64,000 nucleotides of DNA from Obrimoposthia wandeli (taxonomy: Eukaryota): positions 496,001-560,000 of the forward strand of contig CDROCS010001000.1 in the NCBI GenBank assembly GCA_977020255.1. The letters run 5' to 3'. The notes under the pieces are model-generated. The model made no database searches, had not been told where the DNA came from, and saw only the letters and a list, made by a program, of their open reading frames with translations. Positions 14,901-26,423 of the stretch are shown here, piece after piece. Made by a program: the position numbers and the translations under genes. The first letter of the stretch is position 1; the number at the start of each line of letters is the position of its first letter.

Positions 14901-17900
14901 AAGTGACTAAATTAGGACAGGCTAAGGTTCAATTTTGCGCAACAGTGCAGTTTAAAAATGTCAATGAGGAGACTAAAACTTGGGTAATTTCACATAAATC
15001 AACTGTTTTCTATGATAATTTTGTAACTGAAATTGGAAGAAACCTAGATGAAAAAATTGCTAATTATAGTGAGTTAAGTAGTGGATGGACTCTAGTTAGA
15101 ATTAACAATGTTAGCTTTGTTCTAACAAAGTTCACTGACATGATATATCTTTCGGGGAGTTCATACATTCCTTTACCTAGATCTCTTCAACTTTCACGTT
15201 CCATTGTTAACATACAAAACAGTGATAACCTTTGCTTTCTGTATAGCGTGTTGTTCCCAAATTAACATCAGGAAATCGCGTGAATCGCCAATACCAGCAT
15301 ACAACCGCTCAACCTTGTGCTCGTCTACTACAGCTGTGATAGACATTTAATATAAATAGTAGTATAGTTAAGGTGCAGTTCCGCCATTGATTAGCGAGTT
15401 CCATTGGTGATAACATAATCCTTAATTACTGAGCATAGAGAGCGTGTCAGTAAATATACCCCTTTTTTAAATGAATTGCAGTATCATGGAATAGATTTTC
15501 CTGTTAAATTAACTGCGATATCAAGATTTGAACATCTTAATAACTTGAGTAATAACTTCAAGTGTTGTTTGCGCGGATACTATTAAATCGGTGATGAGAT
15601 TACGGAGGCAAAGTTGCTAGTTTGTAGAGTAAAAGTTGAATAATCTGCACGTATTGGACATCGAATGGGTCTAGAGAAGCAAAATGAATGTTATCCTATT
15701 AGAAAAACTAATCTTGTTTCTCATGCTATACCTACAGGAGCACTATTTTATTACAAGCATCATATTTTTGGTGATATGGAACTCCCAAACGTTGTTCCTA
15801 ATGATATTTCTAATGATATACATGATCTATTGAAAGTACACACCTAAGCCTCGTTTAAATCACTGGGCAAAAATACACTATGATGTGCATTCTTGCCTGC
15901 TTCAAATGTATCTTAGACTTAGTGCTAACATACAAACTGTTCGCCGAGCAATCAAGTTTGCTCAAACTCATGTCTTTGAGCAGTATATTAAGTCAAATTC
16001 TGAGAAGAGGGCTATTGCTACTACTGATTTTGAATAAAACTATTATAAGTTGAAGATTATTTTTGGAAAATTCATAGAAAATTTGAAAAAGAGAATTAAC
16101 CTAAGAATCTGTAATACAGTGCAGAAACTAGTTATTTATTGTAAAGCTCAATTCCAGAAGTCAATATAAATATATGACAATCTTGTAGCGGTTTTATATT
16201 TGTCTTTATTTTTCATTTGTTTCTATTTTATTTTTTGATTCTATTTTAGATTTTTTATTTATTATTTTATCAAATTGTTACATAAATTAATACACATATA
16301 GCTGTTCTTATCACATTATGTAAATATTTCACTTCACATGCAAACACGCTCACATACACTAGTGATGTAATCGCGCTCTGTCAGGTTGTGATTTCATAAT
16401 CTTGTTACTTAGAGTAATCAACACATGCATACACTATTGATGTAATCATACTGTAATATTATGAATACATAATATTGTTACTAACCTAATCTACACATGC
16501 ACTAGTGATGTAATAAAATACATAATTACACAAATGGTAATTACATAACTTTTAACATATATTTATTTATTAAACTACTTAGAAAAGATAGTAATATGAA
16601 ATTTACTAATTAAATAAACCACTTAAAAATTATTCAATTTTGAAATATAGTTTACAGACAAAAGATAATAATTTAAAAACATCAATATTTATTGTTTAGC
16701 AGAAGGCCTTTTTTCATTTTGAAGATGTAGTATCCTTTTTTGCGCCTCTTGATGAATACCTTGTTTTGCATATTCCATCCTTTTAGCTCTGCGTATTTCT
16801 TTCATCTTCACTTTCCTTCTTTCTACCAATTCCTTATTCTCTAATTCTTTTTTCTTGGTCCATTCCAGGATCCTCCTTGTTTCAGCTAGACATTTATTTT
16901 GTACCGCTTCCAGCTTCTCATTCCACTCCGTTCTGGCTGCAGCATATAAATTGAGATTTACAATATGCTTGTGCAGGTCTCCTTTCTTCGAATTCTTCTT
17001 ATAATTTTTATGAAAATGGGAATTCCCATTATGAAATGAAACTAAAATTTTTCTCTTGTATACTCTTCTTGATTTTATTCATGCGTTAAAACAAATTCAC
17101 TTTAAAGAAAAAGGATAATAAAAAAAAATTCCAATTTAAATAAAATGCACATGGTATATAATAACCTAGATACATTGAACTGATTAAAATTATATTATAC
17201 ATTATGCATTTAGTTAAATGACTTTTGTTTAAATAATATATTATGAAATTTATGTATTTAAACAAAATGTCTTTGTGATGAAAGGATCCTCTGTTTCCTT
17301 TAGATAATATAATAAAAATAATATTTAAATTTACATGGTATATAATAACCGTTATAAAAATTATCTACTTTGAAATTAGAAGTAGAATATAAAACACTAA
17401 GTTTAAATTTTTGTTAAAATCTATTTTTGTAAATATTAGTAATTGTGATTCAAAGAAATTAAAAAGTAATTCTTTAAAGTTTTTAAATTTTTTTTTGGTT
17501 TTTAAAATTTTTGAATTTGGCACTATTTATTTTGAAAATTAAAACAAAAAGTAATATTTCAGTAAACGATTGTCAGGGCGAAAATAGTTTGAAAATTTAA
17601 ACAAAATTGTTTTGAATTTATTTGTCATTTAGGAAAAAATAAAATAAATGAAAATTTTGAAGGTTTTGAACCGAGTTCTGCCGAAGCCTATTATATATAA
17701 CTTTGAAAAGTAGAAAAAATAATAAAAACCTTCGAAGAACCGTCTTTAAAGAACTAGCTTTAAATAACCATCTCTTTGTTCTCAAATATTTTTTATATTA
17801 AACTTTTTTTAAATAAGGTAGTTTAATTAAATTTGCTTCAATGAACCAGGATAGATAACTCAGTAGGCTTGGATTGGAAATCTGGCCCATATTTGTTTAT

Positions 17901-20900
17901 AAATGCGGACATTCCAGTCAGTCCCCGAACCTTTCCCCATAAATCCCTTGGTATCCTATAGGGGTTCCATGAATTTTCCATTATACCCGTGCTCCAACCC
18001 GGTCTCATTCGTCAAATTCAGGGATTTCACAGTAATTACTGGCCTTACTTTTCCAATTTTCTTCCATTTACCAACAATTCCTTAAGTTTATTACTCTATA
18101 ACGTTTTAGTTCAGTTTGTTATATTGTACCCAATAGTGTTTCGATATCCCATATATACTCAATATTAGTTTAGTCATAACTCTGCTTATCATTTAATTGT
18201 ACGACTATTTTTATTTTCAATTACTTTTGGTGTAGTGAATAGGGGTTATAACTCATAGATACTACAATTAGATTATCTATGTACATTCAGGAGTTTTATC
18301 AGAGCGAATTAAATGATCTACATAGAGTTACTCGTTTTATTTATCCACTGTGAAGCATTAGTTTCATAATAAAAATGTTTTATTGATTTATAAGAATTTA
18401 TTTTTTATTAAAATTTCCTAGTAATATAATCAATATACCGTTTTACCTACAGAGAAGAGGCCCAAAACATATATTTATCAAATCCAAAATTTGGGATGCG
18501 TGAGTATTTTATAAATATATTTAAAATATCTACTTTGCTGAATACGTAATATGTGAGTGAAATTAATCAAATCAAATACCTTGCCTAAGGAAAGTCACTA
18601 GTGCACAAGCATATATAGGAACAAAAATTTTACATTAATTACTTATTACTTTGTTATGGTTAATGTAAAATATATTTCAATGACTGTTATCTTTCTGTTG
18701 ATAATAACGACTTATTTTATTTCTTTTAAAGAAGTATCTAAACCTAAAGGTGAAGGTGGTCTTATCTGCTGGTCATAATTTATTTCTTGAAATCTTTTCT
18801 AAAGTCAGGAGTGTGTACTATGCGCGTCTTATCTGTGGGTAAATACGGTAAAGTTAGTTAATATAGAAGACATGCAATTGCATTTATTTGGGAAAACGGA
18901 ATATTTGTATGTCATATTTTATATGCAGGTCACCCCAGCAGGTATTATACGAGCATGTGGGTTACAAATGCAGGGAGCAGCGGTGATGGTTATCTGCTAC
19001 TATATTTTCGGAGTTCCGCTTAGCTTCATCCTGACCTTTGTCGCGAAAATTGGCATTGTGGGTGAGATAAAGTATTATAAATAGTTCCATAAATTTCCAA
19101 GTACACATAGAAAACGTCATGGAATTTTTTAAAAAAATTAATCACGTCAAATATTCCAGTTTATCAGATAAGTTATCAATTATCAATTCAATATTTGGGG
19201 AAGAAAAAATCAAGTGTAAATTGATGAACAGTAGCTAAGATATTTACCATACTTGATGGTCATTTAAATGTCATATAGCTTATTTTAATTGTATGAATAT
19301 ATAAAATATGACAGTATTCATTTTCCTGTTTCATTTCTTTAAGCTCTTAAATAGGTTTCAGCCAACAATAATTTCAGGACCAAACATATCAATTATTTAC
19401 TAAACATTCACTAATGAGGTTTAACTTTTAATGTTTACTACACACAAATTATTTTATTAAGAAAACATGTGATAACTAGTAGTAAGACTGTTAAATTTGT
19501 CGATAATTTGGTATTTTTGATATTTGCTGAAGATTCTTTTTACCAAATTTCTCTTTTGTTATTAAGTAAGTTTCACCATTCTGACTTAGCTATGGGATCT
19601 TCTCTTAGTTTCAACCGACACAAATGGAAATATAATGATTTAAAGAAATGTTTTATCACTAAAAAATATCAAAATTGAAGCCCTTTCAATCCCATCTTAG
19701 GATGCAGGCTTTTGATAGAATTACGTCTGGTAAACAATCACTATATTTCAGTTTAATCGCTTGTCAGAAATAGGCTAGAAAGTATCATAATGAAAATTAG
19801 ATCCCAATTAAGTTTAATATGTTGTGAAAATTGTAAAAAAAAGGAAGAAAAAAAATGACCTTATTGTATTTCACTTTGTATTATTTTTGGAGTAGCAATT
19901 TTGGGTCATTATTTTAGGGATTATTGCAATAATTGTTGGCCTTCCTTTGTAAATGCATATGGCTTTAGAAAACGGCAAAGTTTAGCCCTAATTGTACATT
20001 TTGTAAGAGGGACTTGTGTTTTTGATTTTAGAAAATTAAATGAATTTATGAAAGGTTCAAAGATAAATGTTTCTTCAAATTTTTCATAGTTACTCATTGA
20101 GACCCATCGAATTCAGATATATAATATGAATTATACCTGATTTAATTCGAGTACTATCTCAGTATGTATAATTTCTTCTTTGTTACATTTCTCTTGAAAC
20201 AGACCTGGCTATTTTTTTAAAATTACTTTAAGATTATTTGTCCAATATTCCTATTTTGCAGAATCAGTTTTAAAAAATTGATAAAGTTTATTTATTTCAA
20301 AATCCCATGGATATAAACTTTCCCAAATCTCTGACCTACATCTTTGACATAGAATTAAAATGATTATTGAGTAAGTACTCAAAATACACAAACAACTTTC
20401 TGAACTTGGTTTCCTTCGCGACTCATTACCTTGACCTACACATAGCTCTATGTCACAGGGTTTTGGATTAGTCTGGCCACAAGTCTTGGGTTGGAGGGGA
20501 TCGTCTTCCTCATCATCATATTCCGCTTAAATTGGCCTAGAGAAGCCATCCGGGTACGTCTAGTACTACATTTATTGCTTCAGATCTCAATAAATATTAA
20601 AATATATTTGCGTAAAAAATGTCATTAAATGTCATAATTATTTTTATTTCTTTTTAACGAAATTAAATATCCAATAAACCTATTTTAATGAGTGATATGA
20701 TAATTGAGTTACATTTATATATGAGGTACAAGATTGTTCACTTAAGTCCAAATACACTATTTACCAAATTATAATTTTTATCTTTCCCTTTAATGCTAGC
20801 TTATTACGAAAATGTTGTTACAAAACATAGTTTTATATACAAAATAACGAATTGACATTTACATGAAACTGTTTATTTGGTTACAAAATAATTATTAATT

Positions 20901-22878
20901 ACGATCTGTAGCTAAGAAAACATGAAATTCTTGTATTAGTTGCTAATAGATTCCATTGGTGCAAACGTGAGCCGAGGAATATTCAAATATCTTACAAAGT
21001 CATCTAACTAACTTTAAGTTATTAATAAAGGTCTCTAACATTCGCATTTCATAATTTGTGTCTATAATATCAAATTCCATAATAATATCTTCGGTATCTA
21101 GTTCCTATATTAAACGTTACAAATAGCAGCAATGAATTAATTAAATAGGCATAAGAATATCAGCAACAAAAACATTTGAAAGTATAAAATCTTAATTTAA
21201 AATTTCAGGATGAAAAATTTTCTTTACAAAACCTAATTTCTTTAAAAAATAATACATGTCATACTGTAAACCTTGAAAGTTTTATAAAATTACGTACGTT
21301 TATTGGATTTATTTAACATTATAACAGATTTTTTTATATTTATTAGTGTTCTTCCACTTTGTCAATATATTATGTGAAAATGTGAAAATAATATGAAACG
21401 TACAATTTCATCATGAACCATGTATAAATATAATGTTAAATGATCTTGTTTATTTTAGGCCGAACAACGAGAAAAACAATCAAAACTGTATAGTGATGTG
21501 GAAACCGAAAGTAATGGAAATACAGAATATGAAGGTATACTTCAGTATTTTATTTAATAACATATCATGTGACATACGTTTTCTAGTATTTCTAAGTGCG
21601 CAGAAAGTTCTACTTTACCATATAGTTAAATTTACTAAATGTTACTAATTTTACAACATCATTTTATATTGAGAGCAAAATTGGAACAGTCAAAGATGCT
21701 AAACACATTCGAAATAGTCTAACTTGCATTCACTGTCGATGACCTTATATTGTCGTCAAATCTCCGTTCTCATCGACAGAAAGCATTCTGAATACATCAA
21801 GCTTTGATCTGTTTGTCTCTTGTACATGTTGTAAGGCAGTTTTTTCGGAGCGCCAGTTGAAGTGCTTTATTTCAATAAAATCGAAATTGCTCCTTGTTTA
21901 GCCATATGGTAGCTGACGACCTGTGTAAGTTTCAGAAAGAGGTGCATGAAAAAATACAGCCACTTTCACTGTTCACACTAACAGGTTGTGATGTAAAATA
22001 GTTCAATAGAGGCTGATTCCTTCTTGAATAATTTTCCAGAATCTGACATTTCATAGGATCTATGTATTTCCTGTAGGCATAAATCACATTGAATTTGTTT
22101 TTTAGACTGGCTCCTCGAGGTTTGCAAACTGAGTACTTTATCCAAAAGCCAATTGTTGCATTCTTCTCAACATCTTCAAAGAGAATATCAGTACAATTTT
22201 TGTTGATAATAGCATATCTGAAGATTTGGTCGAGGAAACTTAAAGACGTTTCAAGAATCACTCTTTGCTTCCGGAAATCTCAATTGTCATTTTGTTGTAA
22301 ATATTAAGGAGATGCATTAGTTGTAATAACAGGCATGGGTGCCATTGATCTTTCCTGAGTATTACGAGTCTGAGTAATCCGCTTCACGTCATTTTGTGAA
22401 ATATTTTTCTAACAAAAATATATTTTAGTATTAGCATTTATTGAAACAAATGCAACAACCTCCATATAATTTGATATTTTACCTGACTATTTATCTAGGT
22501 CTGCTACAATTTGCTGACAATGGGACAGAAGATAAAAAGGCAGAAGAGAAACCCTTTGACTTGATCCAGCACAGCCGGTCTGTCAGCGAAGCCAGTGCTG
22601 GCGTTGTGCAATCTCTGAGCCAGCCGAAAGCGGCAGCACTGGTTCCAAGTGTAGATGGAGGTGGTGATCGATGCAACACCGGTTGCAAGCGCGCTGTTCT
22701 TGTCGGATTTGCCGTGACTCTTTTTCTGGGTTCACTGTTGCTCAAGTTCTATCTTCCGCGCCGCTTCTTCGTGCCTTGTCTTTCACCATCCGCTGGCAAC
22801 TCATCTGCAATCTTCCAGCTCGCCACACAGAAGCACTATCCACTGTGCAACGATACTGCATATCAAGCCGGCCTCTAG
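2951..22878 (+). CDS. SLC47A: MATE / SLC47 multidrug and toxin extrusion transporter, 3' half (gene 1); exons 2951-3018, 6892-7000, 7053-7128, 9824-9893, 18929-19061, 20459-20553, 21459-21534, 22499-22878
   Basis: All exons have AG/GT boundaries and compatible phases, giving an open frame: GSLGQNELGAQSVAFNFGMLIFM / AHIGTSIAGAIRCGQFLGANQPLKA / LRKEIPKLFTSDP / DIILLAE / VTPAGIIRACGLQMQGAAVMVICYYIFGVPL / GFWISL...RLNWPREA. A C-terminal 13th TM (KRAVLVGFAVTLFLGSLLLKF) is typical of metazoan SLC47. Confidence 0.9.
3695..4010. repeat. Degenerate minisatellite (ATTATTACTGTTATTACAGAATACAGAAATTATTGCTG-like units)
   Basis: The motif ACAGAAATTATTGCTG / ATTACTGTTATTAC recurs about 7-8 times. Confidence 0.8.
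4565..4849 (-). mobile_element. Non-LTR retrotransposon (LINE) reverse transcriptase fragment
   Basis: LIVTSPESLLRLQNDCDAI resembles the post-YADD segment (I.S.ED...LQ.DLD) of CR1/L2/jockey-type RTs; the catalytic motif is degenerate. Confidence 0.45.
4940..5130 (+). mobile_element. mariner/Tc1 transposase fragment
   Basis: Translates FRHLVTGDES.LLFKN, resembling the mariner first catalytic motif IVTGDEKW..YDN. Confidence 0.5.
7200..8447 (-). mobile_element. Tigger/pogo-like DNA transposon remnant
   Basis: The minus strand gives WCSINEETIQKCLHKAEF (cf. AW..VT..TI.NCF.KAGF) and NAAGT remnants. The end at 8447 reads TA|CAGTATAATGAAACCTGATATAATG, a Tigger-like TIR with a tripled TTCATTATATCAGG unit. 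Confidence 0.6.
10072..10200 (+). repeat. Maverick terminal inverted repeat (AGT-type end)
   Basis: About 110 bp similar to 27510-27612: AGTAGGTGG..TCCGGTCTAAT..CACTGTCCTTTAAAAC..TGCATG..GTGGAGTGA.ATTTCGTGCAT. Confidence 0.85.
10759..12230 (+). pseudogene. Maverick accessory multi-exon gene with about 4 tandem basic (K/R-rich) exon repeats; function unknown
   Basis: ATGCCT start shared with the homolog at about 54551. AT-rich intron-like spacers ending in AG separate similar exons (EPVQLFEEWLGECAPIQLVGQKQASVQRSQKHLIKSQTVWRKKAK...PVIE). C-terminal VVVQPKKKLGRPKRR. Confidence 0.55.
12710..12885 (+). pseudogene. Charged coiled-coil Maverick gene, copy of 41263-41523
   Basis: QVRRIEVNIRKYIKKGDLRKKILNKNLYAAAAKEWKQMVEIQDMRIAERR aligns to the 41263-41523 product. 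Confidence 0.8.
13000..15545 (+). pseudogene. pPolB 5' region (spliced S/T/A/P-rich leader, NLS, terminal-protein and vOTU-like domains) reiterated three times
   Basis: ORF 14552-15265 joins the low-complexity leader to GQAKVQFCATVQF...SSGW...SYIPLPRSL...IVNIQNSDNLCFLYSV, nearly identical to 37898-38386. Introns at 14289-14334 and 14467-14513. Confidence 0.9.
15595..15800 (+). pseudogene. Major capsid protein fragment of a diverged Maverick family
   Basis: ITEAKLLVCRVKVE*SARIGHRMGLEKQNECYPIRKTNLVSHAIPTG...IFGDMELPNVV aligns to ILNAKLYVRRSKTEQSVLMAHNIGMEKNNACYPIRETKLISYSLGT...IFGDVRLPKFI in the MCP at 33345. Confidence 0.8.
15840..16200 (+). pseudogene. pPolB palm-region fragment (motif B) of a diverged family
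   Basis: HYDVHSCLLQMYLRL...RAIKFAQTHVFEQYIKSNSEKRAIATTDFE*NYYKLKIIFGKFIENLKKRINLRICN aligns to 35696-36313. Confidence 0.85.
16340..16520. repeat. Three dispersed direct repeats of CAC..ACACTAGTGATGTAAT
   Basis: The motif ACTA(G/T)TGATGTAAT occurs at about 16358, 16432 and 16501. Confidence 0.6.
16690..17040 (-). pseudogene. Third copy of the charged coiled-coil Maverick gene, opposite orientation to element A
   Basis: The minus strand gives IRRIRRKGDLHKHIVNLNLYAAARTEW, matching KKGDLRKSVLNQNLYAAVATEW. Confidence 0.75.
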
Positions 22879-23559
22879 CTATCTAGCACCACAATATAGG
22901 GTGCATTCAATAGGCTAGTAGCACATTAATTCTTACAGCAGCTTGTCCTTCATGTTACTGTATCTATCATACGTATTTAATATTTACATACTTAAAAATG
23001 TATTAATGAATAAAACTAATAACCATTATTTATTTTTAATTCATTTACAGTTTAAACTATCTGGAAGCCAATTTAATATTTATGAATACACGTGCAGTTT
23101 TAAATCTGCACCCTAATAAAATTGTAATGTTTCAAATATCATATACAAAATTTATATGAAATGATATGCATTTAACATATTTTCAAATAAATTATTTTAA
23201 TTATATTTTGAATCTATCATTCATATCCTTACATTGGTGTAACATTTTTTAGGAAAATTTGTGGAGCCAATATGATTGTTACATAAATTGTTGCTTTTAT
23301 CATTTTATGACTTATATTAATATTTTCATATTATTTTCAATTATAATAATTTTTATTAATATCTATGATTTAGTTCTAAAGATATTCAAAATTTAAAAAT
23401 CACTATTACACAATTTTAAAAAAATGCTCCATTATAAAAATCTATGAAATAGATTTACCAAATTAAACAATATTTATATCCATTCCTTTTCATTTCCACA
23501 ATTAAATACCAGTTTAGTTGTCTTAAAAATACTTATGTTGGTTTTGTTTCTAGTCAACA

Positions 23560-26085
23560 CAATCATATTACCAATTTATAATCAAACAAACAACATAGTT
23601 CTTGTTTCTTCCTACGTCCTTGGATTTTGACTGAGGATATTATGTGATAATTCGGTTATTGAGCATATCATTCATTCATTCAATTACACTTGCAAACATG
23701 CTAGAATCATATTCAATAGGTAGATTGTATAAAAAGTCATGAGGGTTTACAGGTATTACCAAGTCTTCCTCCATAACATAACCATATTCAATATGTTCCA
23801 TGTTCACATTTTTCATTTCATGCACTATTTCGTTTAGCTTTATATCATAAAGAATCCATTCAAAATCTCCTTTTGGTAAAGGTTGATCAAGAGCCCATCC
23901 ATATAAATTATTAACATCTATATATAAAAGACTAGTTTCTTCATCAGCAACTACATGATGCTTATTGACAAATATCATTCCTCCACGTATACCCGAATAA
24001 ATCATTTTGTACATTCCAGGATTCTACATCAGTTCAACCTTATGTTTTAACATTTTTAGAGCACTTGTCCAACTCGACTAAGAATGCAAAATAAACAAAG
24101 TGGTTCTAAACCAGCTTCGCTGAGAGCTTTTCTTCTGAATGTTTAAAACCCGTCAGCTAATAAATATACGTCAGTCTTTAAGTAAACTAACATAAAGTCC
24201 ATCATATTTCTACAATTTGTTATTTTCCAAACATCTTGTGCTTTTTGATATTCAGTGTCTGTGATTTTATCATTTTCTTTTACTGGAAAACCTAACTTAT
24301 TCTGGAGAACATTAAATGAAGTAGCAAGATCACATGGGAATATTCCTTTGTCATCAATGAGTTTAGATGGAAAATCTGATCTTGTTAATGGAATGCTTGG
24401 TAATTTACTGGCTAAATTCTCCAAAGATGATTGTAAAAATTGCAAAGAATCTATAAATCTCAGAGTTATTTGACCTAATCTTACAATCATTACCTAAAAT
24501 TTTTCTGTCGATTGAGGTATAATATTTATATCACAGTCAGTAAATTTATTCAATGCATGTTTTAAAATATGATGTAAATCATAACCTCTGAGATTATGAA
24601 ATACAATAGGTAAAGTTGGACGAAGTTTTCTTGATAAATTACATTCATTTCATGCAGGACCTAGATACTTGCCAGTAAAGTGATAATGATCTTAAACATA
24701 TTTTAAGGTTGGTTCGTGACCTAAATAACATTCATTGGCATTGCTAATTGCACGAATCTATGTATTTGTTCTGGGAATCATTACGTTTTCAAGCGCATTT
24801 AAATACCATGGCAATACCTTTTCTTTAACCAAGTTCTCCATTGACTGAAAATATTCAACTATACAGTCATCACTAACATTATGTTGATACTGGGTTTCAA
24901 TTTCATCTGTGATCATAAATAACATAATAGATGCGACATGCATATGCTTTTGATGATAAATCTTATCTGGTATTCATACAGATTCAAAATCAGCGAAAAC
25001 GACATATTTCGGCGATAGAGTCTTTGACCAATCGATCAATTTAACGTACTTATTCTTAGGCATAGTATACATTGTAGTGCTTTCTTGATTATAGTCACAT
25101 AAAACTTTGTGCTTTTCTAATGACCAATCGGTTTTGAATCCATGTAAACAATCTTCACACCATTTTCGGCTAACTCTAGTCGTTTCCGTTCGAATATTTA
25201 ATAGCCGGTTAAGACATCTTATTCCTATATAATGAAACCGTTCCTTGGATTCTAGTAACAATAAATTAACTATAGTTCATCTCTTTATTTTTGATTTGTA
25301 TGCGACATCGATATACGGATTCTTGATAACATCAGTTTTTGATTCTTTTTTCACTTACCTCATTGAATATGAATACATATATTATTATACCAGGATTTTG
25401 CCGTTCAAATTTTGATATATTTGATATTTTCATAGGCATGTTTTCGGTATTATATACAAAGTCATTTAAAAATCTTTTATAGTTGCTTGGTCTACTTCTA
25501 TTTATTTCTATTTAATTATATTTAAGTATTGATAAAATTGCATAAATAAAGCAAATATAATTAGATTTTTGAATATTTATGACTGCTTTAGATTTTGTAA
25601 GATAATTTGGTTATTTAATATATGAATGACCTGACAATGCACAAATTTGGCTATATTTAATAGCAATAAATGTGTGTTCAAGTATTTTCCTCAAATTCCA
25701 ACCACTACCTTTTTCTGAATATTCTTCAACTTTATTTTCTATTGTATCTTTCATCTTCAAAATTATAGCATGTAAATAAATCATTGCTCGATGCGAAGCA
25801 TACCATTCATTAGTTTCTCCATCATTCTTTTCAAACCTCATCCTGATGATGTATTGAATATTTGCATTTCTCATTAACTGTACTATTCTTTCTAGTTCGT
25901 TTAATAATGCACCTGGAACCTTATGACTTACAAGATTGAGGTGATCTAATTTTATGGATATAGTTGAATAAATATTTTCTAACGATGATTTAGTCTGTAT
26001 ATTGTCATTTATTTTACGTTTTCGTGATGGAGTAGGAGCTGGAACTACTACACGTGATGGTTCATTAACTATATCAGTTCTTTTG
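23560..26085 (-). pseudogene. Protein-primed DNA polymerase B (family B), frameshifted and 3'-truncated
   Basis: TP region EEYSEKGSGW; CEDCLHGF; VVFADFES (Exo I); endonuclease VII remnant; FIDSLQFLQSSL; YLKTDVYLLAD; GIRGGM...YIDVNNLYGWAL (Pol A). Motifs B and C are absent. Confidence 0.92.
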
Positions 26086-26086
26086 C

Positions 26087-26389
26087 TTAAAACTGGTACT
26101 TCAAATAATGTTTTTTACCACCATTTTTATATTCTGTAATATGACTAACATGTCGACTATAAAATGAGTTGTAATCAACATTTTCAGTACTTAAACATTG
26201 TGAACATATATAATAATTTACCCTATTGTATGAATAACCATAATAATTTTTCATGATATCATGACAGACTTGAGGCTTAAAATGTGTTACCAATGAACAG
26301 TAATTTGAATATATTTTGCATTTACTTATCTGTTGATTTGATTGGTCTTGAGACATTGATTGATTTGTATACTGAATTAAAAAAAACAA
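26087..26389 (-). CDS. Cys/His-rich 100-aa ORF, probably the frameshifted N-terminal leader of family-B pPolB
   Basis: C..C, C..C and H..H residues. It ends KNGG before an A-run, where a 1-nt shift continues into KTLFEVPV...PSRKRK and the pPolB frame. Confidence 0.5.
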   Translation of the reverse strand: MFFLIQYTNQSMSQDQSNQQISKCKIYSNYCSLVTHFKPQVCHDIMKNYYGYSYNRVNYYICSQCLSTENVDYNSFYSRHVSHITEYKNGGKKHYLKYQF

Positions 26390-26423
26390 TATAAATACAA
26401 TAACTTTAATTATTTTACTTACA

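Larger units (their letters stand above)
10072..16210 (+). mobile_element. Rearranged Maverick/Polinton (element A) in the MATE gene 1 intron: pPolB-side terminus, repeated-exon gene, coiled-coil gene, reiterated pPolB 5' region, MCP and pol fragments
   Basis: Starts with AGTAGGTGGATATATCCGGTCTAAT, matching the terminus at 27510. Internal segments are homologous to element C (37860-39030, 41263-41700). The right end is not found. Confidence 0.85.
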
